This document shows, piece by piece, positions 1 through 12,444 of a stretch of DNA of 64,000 nucleotides. The stretch spans positions 19,406,001 to 19,470,000 of the forward strand of contig NC_088860.1 in the NCBI RefSeq assembly GCF_963853765.1. Reading direction: 5' to 3'. The position numbers and the translations under genes were made by a program. Each line of letters opens with the position of its first letter. Positions within the stretch are counted from its first letter, which is position 1. The notes beneath the pieces are model-generated. The model saw only the letters and a program-made list of their open reading frames with translations, did not search any database and was not told the origin of the DNA. The stretch comes from Magallana gigas. Taxonomy: Eukaryota.

Positions 1-925
1 AAACACAATGATATGCATATTTATTATCTAAAGGCTTTGTAGTTGTTTGGAAATTTTAAAATTAAGAATTTTGAATAAACTTATATCAATTAAATAGTCT
101 ATAGAGAATTTAAATTTCAGACCCAAATAGCATAAGGGCGAATACACTACCTCACTTTTAATGAGGAGGTAACCAGCAAATATGAATGCGTCTAATGACC
201 CTAAATATTTCCAGAGCCATACAGGACATGCATTAAAATGCACTCATATTTCAAACTAATATTCTCTTTATCTTAAAAAATAATTCGTCTTATTCAAAAA
301 GATATTTCTATCTTTATAAAATTATAACACATAACGTTTTGAATTCAATAAATTTATTATAGAAAATATAATTATGAAAAAAAAAAATTTCCGGTTATTA
401 TGCATACCCTGAAATTGACAGTGAACTAGCTAAGAAGGAAAATGGGTAAAACTAGAAATAAGAGTGAGAACTCACACGATTAAAACGTTATTATTTTTAT
501 TGATAATGATATCTTCTCGATAGTCCGAAAAATTTGTGTTATATGATATTCTTTTTGAATTCTAGAAACGTCACTTTTTAAAGTAAAGAATAAAAGCGCA
601 TCGGCTCTCACCAGTTCCCAATTTTATCCAATGCATGATGTAAACAGGAACAAGTAAACAACTGAAAGTAAGAATTTTTTTTTACGAAAGAACATGTTTG
701 GTTTTTAAGGCTTTGTAATTCTATTATGTCCCCCTTCCATATTCAGGTAAGACCGTTTATCACAATAATATGGACTGTGGTTCTTTACATTGAGTATTTG
801 ACATTAAAGGTTAATTTGACTTTGAAAATGTTGACTGTACCTGTTGAATGTAACGTACATCTTGTCATATATATATCATTTTATACCAATTTGTCAGCAG
901 GAACAAAAGATATAGATAACAAGAC

Positions 926-2300
926 ATGCCACGTTCCAACAGAAGTCGTAGCACTCAGTGCGGTAGAGATGCCCATCGGAACAGAACTCGAAGCCGGCAC
1001 AGGTCCTCCTCACGCAGGAATAGCCGACGTAAACTGAAGGAGAAGAATTTCTGGTCCGCATTATGTAGCATGGTAGCCATCGTCATCATGTGCACTTCAC
1101 TTGCTGAGCCACGATGGATCTCACTGCACGGGGGAGGGTGTCGGCTACGTGATTGTATCCCTCTCGATCACATTGGAACTTATCAGTTCTTCTATAGTGG
1201 CCAGTTCGTAGATTCTTATGATTTTACCTGTCAAGATGGAATGTCAGGGAGTCACTTAGTTTACAAGTATGGAGAGGATTCATTTAATTGTAAGTCAGCA
1301 TTAAAATGCCGCGTTATTATCATTTTCTTTGAAAAAAAAAGTACTATAAACTGGGTCATTTAAAAAAAAAATTCATGTACCGGTAATGTTAGATGCCAAC
1401 AACAATTAGACAATTATTTACAAAAGCTTTGGTAAATTATTACATTTTAATTTTTAGTGATGGACAACTGTGTGACCCATAAAGCTGTAAAGCTGATGAA
1501 GACAATCATTTCCTTCACATTTCTGGCCATGCTGTGCACACTGTGCGCATTTATCCTGGATCTGGTGGGACCCACACAGCGGTCCCTGAAACTCATACAC
1601 AGAAATGCCATCTTTAGTATCATAGCAGGTGAGTGTAATTTTTACTCATTTTTTTTTGGGTATGTGTGTGTGTTTGGGAAGGGGGGGGGGGCTTGTATGA
1701 GTAATGTAAACTTTATCAATTGTGTAAGTTTCACTTATGATAATCATTTACATATTGCGTTTTTGATTAAACATGAAAGTTGTGGTTGAAGCATAAATTT
1801 TATAATGTGCATGTATAGCCAGTATATGTAATAACATTTTGATTCAGTGGACAGGCTAGAAAAAAAAGCAAAAATGGAGGTAGAAATGCAAGATTATTGA
1901 AATTGATCAAATGTCCGCACAAATTGTCCAGAATGATGTATTATACAATGGTATGAAATGAATGTTCCTTTGTTTATTTGTTTCAGTCATTCTTTGTGTG
2001 ATCATAGACTTGTTCTGCTACTGGCTAGTGTCGGAGGTGCTCTTCCTGCAGAAAATGACCAAACTCCACACAGGAAGTAAGGTGACTGTGACCTTCGACA
2101 TCAGTTTCTACCTAATCGCCGCGGCCGGCGGGATGGGAGTGTTTGCCACCGCATTAAACTGTTTACGGAGATACCCAGTGAACGAGGACGACCAATCGCA
2201 CTCTCTGTTAGAGGCAGAGCACGCCATTGACTGCGTCCCCCCAGAACCCAGCGGTGGCTTGCCGGACAACCACCCCCCTCCTCCACCTTACTCTGCATAA
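926..2300 (+). CDS. TMEM127: Transmembrane protein 127 (3 coding exons, 282 aa)
   Basis: Exons 926-1289, 1458-1628 and 1987-2300 join in frame via GT-AG introns (both phase 1). The translation has recognisable TMEM127 blocks: SALCSMVAIVIMCTSLAEPRWISLHGGGC, AFILDLVGP, HTGSKVTVTFDISFYLIAAAGG and a C-terminal PPPPYSA (PPxY). A probable 5'UTR exon ends at 746 (CAG|GTAAG). Confidence 0.93.
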
Positions 2301-4117
2301 CATAGTTACACTCTGTCAAACAGCCCTGTGAAAACTAACACCCCCTCCCCAAGCAGATTTATCCTGTTTTTCTATGTGAATACATGTATACTGATAACTC
2401 ATTGAAGGTTCTGTGACAGTTGGATCGATACAGGCTATGCATTTATTTCTTTTTTTTATACAAAAAAATTCCTATTTTTCTACTATATTTGCTGTGTTGA
2501 AATCTGTAGTGATTTGCTTGAAATCATAATTTGTTGTTGCTAATTCTATTGCATAGGCACCTAATGTATAGATGACATGGCCCACATACCCAACATCAGG
2601 TTTTTTTTCAGAATATTTAAATTTATCATACATTTTGGAAATAGATAATGACAATTTTTGTCTTTAATAATACGTGTATAAAGAGATTGGTTGTATTTAA
2701 AAATGCCTAAGATTCTTAATACATATTCAAAATCTCTATCTTATTACATGTACATATGATGGTAATTACAGTTAAAAAAAAGAAGAAGACATTTCATTGT
2801 GTGAATTGAATATACAGAAATGACATTTTCTAACCACCCCAAATAAATAATGTTTAGCAATAAAAAGACAAAAAATAAATAAAATAAAAATTTCATTAAA
2901 AAAAAAAATGGGAAGGCTTCACTTGTCAGGTGCCCATATTTAGAAGCAGACTTATTGCATTAATTTGTTGTTATGTTGTCTTGTTATACATGTACATTAT
3001 TATATATTAAATTAAGTCCCGCTCCAAAGGAGAAGGAATGTTGTTTTATAATATAAATCTCCCATGTTATACTTTTGTTTTTGTGTCTATGGTAATATTT
3101 ACCATTGCCTGCAGCCGAAATTTTTGTTTAAAATGTTTCATTGTAACATCTTTCTAATGTGTAAGAGTTTTTCCAAGGCGTTTTATTTTTAAAATTGTTT
3201 TGTATGATGAGAGTCAATTGTAAAAAAAAAAATTGTCAAAAGAACTGGTTTATCTTCAACACACTGTAATATAAAGGGCAGGCTTTGAAAAAAAAAATGA
3301 AAAAAATACCTGTTTTATCATTCCACGAAAAATAGCCAAGATGAGATTTTTCTAGCATCATTGTACTGATTTTTGAATTCCATTTATACTTTTGCATTTC
3401 ATGAGATCTGAGTTTAACCTTCATTGTCTGTTTTTTCTTATCAATGAATTTGGAAGTAAAATGATTGATCGGGGGTGTATATTATTCAATCAAAAATGCG
3501 ACTACATTGTATACATTTATGTATTTTACAAATAACATGTACCTAAAACAACTTGTTCGCGACAAAATGTTAGCGATATTCGCGAACGCGAAAATAACAT
3601 TTATTATTCAGTTGCTTTACAATATAAAAATTAAATTAAGCTTCTCATCAAAAACTTCTTTAGCTATTAAATGAAAGTTGTTAAGCACAAGGTTATTTTA
3701 CGCATCAACCTTTAAACCTGTAACACATTTGCTTCTGCGAAATGGTGATTTAAATTTCAAGTCGATCTACAAGAGCATGCTCTTTCCTTATTCATTTAGA
3801 ATGTTTATTGCCAGTGATTATATTGTCTTTGTGCTTGTACCATTTATAGAGTATTTTTTTGAGATTTGTCAGATTTTTTTGAAAGAATGAGACTTGTTTT
3901 ATTTACAATAAATTATGTAATTTTCTGAAGGTTTTTTTTTTTTACTTTGTCATAAGTATTTCCATTTCTGGTTGCTTGGTAACTTGGTTCTTCGTAGAAA
4001 CAAAACTCACGCAAAATGGGAAATGTAGCTTTTTATTCTAAATTGTACAAATGAATAAAATTGTTTGTATTGGTGCACAAACGGACTAATGGTAATATTG
4101 GGGTCCGTAATTTAACC

Positions 4118-7100
4118 CTAAATATCATCCGTAGATTGTTGCTTTAGATACTCTACAACTTCTTCCAAAGCTTTCTGTGCATTTTTGTAAAGAATCGTAT
4201 TTCCTGTAAAACCATGGTCCATGCTTTCCCAGTGGCGATGTTTGACCCTCACCCCTAACTCATTTAGTCTTTTTACCAACAGAAAACTATCATCCCGCAG
4301 GGGGTCCATTTCTGCCGATAAAACGTATGTATTTGGAAATCTCTTCAAAATCGTGTCGTCTGCGAGAAGAGGCGAGAAGTGAGGATCGAGAAAATATTTA
4401 TTAACTTTTTTCGCTAAAAAAGAATTCCTGTGTTTTGGGTCCGATTCTGTGGCATCGCGAAGAGAATCCGCTTCTTTTTGGATCCACCTACACGTTGATT
4501 TTGCTTCCATTTCTTCTGACCAGTGAGAATTCTCTAGAAGTTCCTCAACATCAACGGATTCCATGCCGAGGGCGTAAGCAACGTAAAACTTGACCATTAG
4601 CTCCGAAGAGAGAATTGTGGGTATGTTAGATCCCCTATGTTGTCTATATGATGGTAATTTAAAATTCATCGCTTGTAAAGCAGGATATATTAGAACCAAA
4701 TTCTTCACTTTGGAAAGATTGTCTATTTTCTTGGACGGAGACAGTAATTTTATCATCATGACCATGGCTAAATTTCCTCCAGCGCTGTCTCCTAAATTGA
4801 CAATTTTTAAAAATACGATTTGAGAAAATCATAATGTATGAAATTGAGACATGCAGTAGATACTATTTCTACATGTTTTTGTTTTATCAATTTATCAGAT
4901 TTGTTTTTATTAATTTTGTCCACGCACCCATCAATGTGATGTTTTCTGGATCCATGCCGAGTGTCTCGGTATTTTCTAACACGTGACGAGTGACGACAAA
5001 ACAGTCGTCTGGTCCGGCGGGAAAAGGGTTCTCTGGTGCAAGTCGAGAGCTGTGACAAATAAAAAGATTGACCACTGCAGAAAATTATATGTGGGTAATG
5101 TAAATATTATCTGCCATGTTCAATTCTTTTAACAGAAGTTTAAAGCTGCAAGAAACTCCCAATCTGAACCAAAGTAGACACAGTCGAAGATGATTACTAC
5201 GTCATTACAATTAGTTGGTGAACACCATAACCCAACCCCTTCAAGAAGACAGTTAATATTTTAGTTACTGATACAGAACATATAAAGTTAATGGCAACAG
5301 TCCTCTTGGGTCTTTCCCAACGTTTTTCCGATAACTTCTGAGAAGTTGCGATTGATATTCTTTAATTTGTAACTTACTAACAAAAATTTTTACACCTTAA
5401 GCAATACATACAGTTAAAGCGGATCGATTCTCGAGATCTAGAGGTTAAACTAAATCGTACTGCACTATTTCTGATCTGAGAACGTTACGGTTCTTGGAAA
5501 GAGCGAGTAGTCTTACCGGACGGAAACAATGACCATTTTATCCAGCCGCGCCACAACTCTCAGCGTTGCATCGTATGCCTCTACAAAACAAAATATGGTG
5601 TCAGTATGGAAAAATGCAGATAGTTAATTGAATTATACTAATATTATACTAACATCTTCGCTAGCCGAGGGTTTCTGATCCGCACCGCTTCTCACTAACC
5701 CTTGGCTTACTGTGAGAAGCGGTACGCGCAGACCAGAAACCCATGGCTAGCGAAGATGTTATAATACATTTACTAATTGCAATCAGAATTCATGAAAGTT
5801 TCATGTACGTCTCTGAAATTGACCGTTAAAATTGGTAATTAAATTCATTTCGTTTTGTAAATGTTTGATTTTCTTTATATAATTATATTTACTTGTAATG
5901 GCATGTTTTTGTCGGATGTCTAATTTCTTCAAATAAAACACATAATTTTGTACTTTTTCGCATAAGAAAACCTCGCATGATGCGTGAAAACGACCACGGG
6001 AGTTGACATAGAATCAACTTTAACTGCTGATATAAAAATTCTGATGTTGCATTAAGTAAAAACAAAACTGATGAGAAGTTGATAAAGACTCTCACCCCAA
6101 AGGTCCCAACACCAGCCCCCGCCGTGATAATAGATGACCCCTGGCAGTTTGTCGTCGCTTGCCTCTTTGGGGCGAAAGATCCGGACAGGAACTCCCATCA
6201 TTTCGGTGTCTTCTGTCTTCATTGAAATTGAGTACCCAGTTTAATTTAATGTTGTGATTTGAAAATATCAATAAATGTGAATAGAGCGATATTCCGTTTG
6301 ATGTGAAATAAAATAAACTACAGGGTACGGATCACGGTAGTTTATAATCAATTTTTGCATACTAAACACGAGATAATGAAATTCAATTTAGTATTTACTG
6401 ACATCATTTCATAATGAATAAAAATATTCTTCGGGAAAATATATATAATTTTAGGACTATCTGCATGATTTCTACTTCAAGACATGAATACTCAGTAAAT
6501 TGTCCTATGTTGAAAATAAAACAGAATAAATTCAAACATGTTCAAATACTTTAAATATAAAACTTTTTATCAAGGTATATTTCATTGTTCATAGTATCCC
6601 TTACAAGTATCACTTATATGTGGAGACCTACCACAACAGTGTCCTCTGGGTACGAGCGAGGTGGCGCCTCTACTCGTGCCATCATTATCTCGTGGCCTTT
6701 CACAAAACATAGCTTGAACTTTATCTGAAAATACATTTACATTTTTTGGTGTCTTTTGTCTGTGGTGACACTATGAATTAGATTTGTCACGTATCTTCCA
6801 ATACATTCCATTGATGACGTAAATAACGTTAATGTGTGGCGCAAGGGGGGGGGGGGGGGGGAGGGGGTTGCATACAGTATACAGGAAAATATTCGCTCCA
6901 GTTTTATTTTCGCACCTTTCGCCCTTGTTGTCACAGGCGAATTAAAGACTGTGCCAGGTTAATTTAATGTTTAAAAATATTTCTCGTTTTTAAAACAAAA
7001 TCGTACGTGTCAGGACGAATTCAAGACGGGGTGGGGGGACCATTCGCAAGTTTAGAGGGCCAAAAATAACCATGTGTACAGTAATGATATGAAAAATAAA

Positions 7101-7284
7101 ATTTATTTTTAGAATTAGTTATTAATAAGCTTACCCAAGATTGCAAAATCCACCAGAATAGAAGGAGGGTTCTTCTCTTGTAAGTTTCTTCTGCCTGAGG
7201 AGGCATTGGGAAAGCGAAGAATTTGTAGGTAAGAGTGGCTGTTACAGCAGCCATTACTGCTAAACAACCCTCCAAAATGGCCAT
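4118..7284 (-). CDS. Arylacetamide deacetylase / neutral cholesterol ester hydrolase-like carboxylesterase (HSL/GDXG family, 6 exons, 407 aa)
   Basis: Minus-strand exons 7284-7135, 6724-6632, 6216-6096, 5580-5517, 5049-4928 and 4791-4118 splice in frame (1224 nt). The protein has an N-terminal hydrophobic anchor, the oxyanion motif [16 protein letters not shown], nucleophile motif GDSAGG, catalytic Asp region DPLRDD and His region DHGF. Confidence 0.92.
5652..5759. mobile_element. 108-bp hairpin MITE with TA target-site duplication, in intron 3 of the esterase gene
   Basis: ACATCTTCGCTAGCC...GGCTAGCGAAGATGT is a near-perfect inverted repeat flanked by TA at 5650-5651 and 5760-5761. Confidence 0.75.
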
Positions 7285-8341
7285 GACACAGACTATTAAT
7301 AATCTGAAATTAAAGTTATATTAAAAGAACGTGAAGATTTTGACGATAAGTCGCAAGCCCAATTTAAGCGTGATGCAGAATGTCTCTAGCTGTTTTTAAA
7401 TCACTTCCCACCCAGGCTTGGCGTCTTTACGTATACGTGTATCATTTTTAATAGTCAGGTAATATACATTATTTCGTCAGAAATATGTGTTTTCCAGTTT
7501 TCTTGTGTTAATTTTTATTTTTAAAGAACGATTTTGAAATCAGTTGATATGATACGCAATCATGATAAAAATGATTTTAAAAAGAGATGACAATAAATGA
7601 TATATTTTTAATACATTGAGTATATATATACCCCGGTACTGTGTTTTTTAATTCTTCACCATAGAAAGTATTAAACTTTTTTGGTCTCAATGTATAGTTT
7701 ATTCATTTCGAGTTAAGTTCTGTTGGAGCTACATTGTATATATATGATGCTATTTAGGTGACAACTCGTCATTTAAAAATGGAGAAACTGGTTATGATTC
7801 CATGCATGCTAAATATTAACCTTTCATTTCCAAATGAATGGACAGGACTTAACGCAGTTATAATTCAACATAATTATGTATAAAATAGGCATCTATTTTT
7901 GGTCAGTTATAAACAAGTTTTTCGTCTGGATAGGCCTATTTCAATATTAAATCACCCCTACATATTTTTCCGACCCCCCCCCCCCCCCCCCCTCTTTCGC
8001 TGATATATACACACTTGCATAAGCACACTTATATCAGTACATAAGTACAGGTTTTTGTCATAATTTTAGATACATGTAGTAATCTTTTAGTAAATTTTAC
8101 CTGAAACGACCTTCCAGCCAGTAAAAATAGTAAAATGGGGCGTCAACCCCCCGATTTATCTCGGTATGGCGGGCCATTCTTGTACTCAACATGCTCAATC
8201 TTTATCGATGTTATTCACACACGTAACTGCTTGAAATTTATGCTACGAGTTGCTTCTGATTTTATGGAAAATAAATACTGGGGAAAAGTCGAAAAATCTA
8301 TTCAAAGGCGTATCTCTAACATACTATACTATGGTGGAATA

Positions 8342-9243
8342 TCTCTGCCCCTTGTGTGCAAGTTATTTTCTATCAAATATGTCGACATGCAAGATAATAT
8401 GTCGACATGCAAGATAATTACGTCAACATGCAACATAATTAGAACCATTATTACAAGGCCTTGGACTTTCCGTAGGACGTAGCTATCACTTCTTGCGTCA
8501 AAACATGTTAAAAATGATGCTGGATTCAAGTGAAATACATGTATGCACCGATTGCGTAGTCTTAGCTCAGAAGCCAGACAAATCGTGTTGAGTTCAATGA
8601 GCTTTCACTGAGTGGGCAGCAATGAAATAGACAGGCATACGTGACATTGCTGTTTGACACAACTACCCAAAGTCCAAGCTCCTGTTATAATGGTTCTATG
8701 TTAACATGCAATAAAATTGCAATCAGATAAGAATTATACAAAATCTCAAATATCGCCCACCTGTGACATCCAAGATGCTAGATGCTACCTTTTAATGTCG
8801 ACATGCAACTTAATTATGTCAACATGCAAGATAAATATGCTTACATGCAGCTTAATTATGTCGACATGCAACTTATTTATATTGACATGCAACTTATTTA
8901 TGTCAACATGCAACTTACTTCTGTTGTCATGCGAGATGAATATGTTGACATGCAACTTATAAGTTGTATGTCAACATAAGTAAGTTGCATGTCGACATAA
9001 ATATGTTGCATGTCGACATAAAGAAGTTGCCTGTTAACATAAATAAGGTAGCGTATCTAAAATCTTAGATGTCACATGTTAGCAATATTTGAGATTTTGT
9101 AAATAACTCTTATTTGTTTGCAGTTTTCTTTCATGTCAACATAGTTATGTTGCATGTTGACATAAATATCTTGCATGTCAACATATTTATCTTGCATGTC
9201 GATATAATTAACACAATAATAACTTGCACACTAGGGGCAGAGA
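8342..9243. mobile_element. Foldback/MITE-like element built from ~21-bp repeat units (ATGTCGACATGCAAGATAAAT-like)
   Basis: The terminal inverted repeat TCTCTGCCCCT(T/A)GTGTGCAAGTTATT occurs at both ends. The 21-bp units face forward in the left part and reverse in the right part. An inner inverted repeat spans ~8723-9113, centred on CAACTTATAAGTTG (~8955-8968). Confidence 0.75.
8442..8696. mobile_element. 255-bp MITE (Tc1/mariner-type TA TSD) nested in the 21-bp array
   Basis: TIR GAACCATTAT(T/A)ACA(A/G)G, flanked by TA at 8440-8441 and 8697-8698. Removing it restores a 21-bp unit (CAACATAATTATGTTAACATGCA). A related copy lies at ~17526-17763. Confidence 0.75.
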
Positions 9244-9359
9244 AATCAAAATTATGTACGTGGGCTGTAATATTTAAATACTTAAAATCGGGATCGACGT
9301 TCGACATCAACAAAACTGAAAGTAGAAACGTGATGATGTGCACTGTTGCTAAAAAAGAA

Positions 9360-12300
9360 ATGACACTTTCTTCGGATGACGATGATTGGTTTTATGATTC
9401 AATATCTAAGTATAAACATATAATAAGTATTTACTTGTGAAATGAATCCCTCTCGGCTCTCCTCACCTTACCCTGACTTGTTTAGCACTGTTTAGCAATG
9501 CTCCTAAATGAACAGATACACGATGCTTTAGATTAATTTAGACTTCGGCTATAATGAGTTTGCTCGCTATTGGCACAAGCAACCGTAGGCTTTGCAGCTT
9601 CTCAGTCAGCGTCCTGAAGACGTCAGTTTAAACATCAAGACGGGTCGATCTTAAGTTTTTTTGATCATGTTTAATAACAGCTATTAGCACACTATAATAA
9701 TCAACGACTTTAGAATATGTATTCATGGAAATCAAAAAAGTTGTAAATAAATGGTTTTATATCAATCTTGTTCATTGATTAAAGATCATTTCACTTGCCT
9801 ACAAAACAATTATGACTGTCAAAATCTTTTGTAAAATGTATAGTCCAGAATTATATCTATAATCATAAATTGTCAACATATTGGGATAGAACGTTTACAT
9901 ATACAATCAGCACTGTCACTTAAATACATTATACTACCACTAGTTAGAGAATTTACATTAGGGGCTTTGTTTGGAGGGGAAGGGGTTTTGTCTGTTTAGG
10001 TTTTTTGGGGTATTTTTTTAGTTGAAGGGTCTTGAGTTTCAGGCTTGGTCATTCTTAACCCCCCTCCCCCACCCCCAAGAAAATCGCTTTGTACATTTCT
10101 TGAATGAAAAACTGGTATTAATATATTTTTTGGAAACAGTTATAATTTCAGGGTGTTTATTTTTAATTTAATTAGTTATTGAAAGTAAAGGATATAACTT
10201 TAAAAGGACATTGACATTAATAGCTTATTTATTTTTGTTCTGATTTAATGAACCGATCTAGGTACAAGCATCTCTACATGTACGACCTGCAGTACCCAGT
10301 AACAGCATTAGACTGGATCAATACAAATTGTAAGTTGTAATGGTAACTTTTACTTGTAATATGGCCAATAAACAGTTACGTCTGTATACAAGGTTAGTGG
10401 CAACAGTGACATGTTTAAGTCTATAGTCATGGCATTATAAAAGTGTCATGGCCAAAAACTAGAGATTAGAGAGCAACCCCCCCCCCACCGTTACGTCTGT
10501 ATACAAGGTTAGTGGCAACAGTGACATGTTTAAGTCTATAGTCATGGCATTATAAAAGTGTCATGGCCAAAAACTAGAGATTAGAGAGCAACCCCCCCCC
10601 CCCCCCCCCCCCCACCGTTACGTCTGTATACAAGGTTAGTGGCAACAGTGACATGTTTAAGTCTATAGTCATGGCATTATAAAAGTGTCATGGCCAAAAA
10701 CTAGAGATTGGAGAGCAACCCCCACCCCCCCACACACACACACTGGGCCCCAAAGGAGGGCATTGTCATAATTGGTATTGATTATTTATTAAAAGAGGTT
10801 GCTTTAAAAATATGTCAGTAAATAATATTACATTCTACCAAATTCTAAAGACCATCAAAAAAGGGCAAGTAATGGGGTTTCAGGAAACCAATTTTATCCC
10901 ATTCAAATTTAAGCTTGCATGTAATATTCCTGGCCAATTATAGGCAGGCATATCATTTTGGTTGTCAGAGAGAGAGAGGGAGAGGAGAGAGTCTTACTTC
11001 ACCTGATTCACACTTCATTGTTTGGATCCATTAGGTTGTTGTATTGTACTTTGGTGACCATTAAGCTTTGGGCTTCTAGATTTGTATTACATTTATCTTG
11101 TTGCACATACTGTTCATGTGTACAGTATGTATTAAATATTGACTATTTGTACAGTGTTCCTATACATCTAGCTATACCAGAGTCTTTCACAAGACCAAGA
11201 TGTATCTATCTTTCGACTGTCACAAACCTTACCAATGAATATGTTTGAACTTCTCCCAAGTGGAGAGAACTATATGGACTTCTGACCACAATTTGAGATG
11301 CTGTTATCACTGCACAAAAAAGTAAATAAATTCAGTACTATTAGTATTTAATATATATGTTTATATTTTCAGATGTATGTGTGGCAACAAGAGGGAGGTC
11401 TAGACATGAAATAACAGAACTGAGTTTACCAGACAAGCTCTGTACATCCGAGGACCTGGTATGTACTTTATATCTTAAACGAATTGTTCAAAATGTTAAC
11501 ATTTTGAAATTACTGTGAACTTATTTAATTTCAGTGTGCATTACAATGTGAGGAATGTATTTTGTTGCAAATGTTTTCCTTTAATTTTCTACAATGTTTG
11601 CTACCTAAAGAAACTGAACCGTTAAGGAGTTTTATTGTTTTGAGTTTGTACTCGTTTATTAAGACACAAACTTCATATGTACCTTATATATGTATATAAT
11701 ACTGAAGCAAACTAAATGAATTTCAGACTTCTTTTAAAATTAATTCTTGATCTATTGACAGGTGTGATATTTTAGTTGATACATGTAGATTTACATTTAC
11801 GGTTTTCATTCCATTAATTTTTGCTTGATTGTAGGCCCTGTCCAAAAACAGAGACTTTCAAGTTGTGACGGGAGGGTTCAGCTCTGCACAGATAAATGCC
11901 ATCAAGCACATACCTGATACAAGGTAACCCCATACATCAAATTAAATCAAAATACAACAAATTAAACACTGAAATACTCTGTATGTTATTGAAAATGATT
12001 CAGACTTAAAAAAAGGTATTTTTCAGTACTACATGTCTGAGCAGGTGAACTTTATTAAGTACTTGCCTTGATTTTATTGTTTGAAGCTTTGATTATCTGA
12101 TGGCAAGCGAAATTTCTTATGAAGTTAAAGAGAGCAATCATTTTCATACCGGTGATCATTTTATGATTAATGAATCACGCAATAAACAATTTTGAATAAA
12201 CAATTTTTTTTTTCCATGTTTATTTGTTTATTCAGGTTGATATGTACAAGTTCTGTCAATAATCATGGTCATCTAGAAATATGGAAGCTGGGTTCTCAAG

Positions 12301-12413
12301 AAACAGGTAAATATTCATCCAACAAGGCAGAGTGTTGGAAAAAGTGAATTAATTTGATTAATGATTTAATGCATTCTTTAATTCCCAAACCCATGCACAG
12401 ATCAAGAGGACTG

Positions 12414-12444
<31 letters not shown>

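Noticed and set aside
726-1037. 103-aa ORF overlapping the TMEM127 start
   Set aside because: It crosses a clear intron (donor 747, acceptor ~900). After splicing it becomes a short uORF ending at TAG, out of frame with TMEM127.
8717-9343. ORFs with periodic MSTCN/DMQL repeats (8717-8962, 8782-8979, 9131-9343)
   Set aside because: They are translations of the 21-bp repeat units of the foldback element and stay open only because 21 is divisible by 3.
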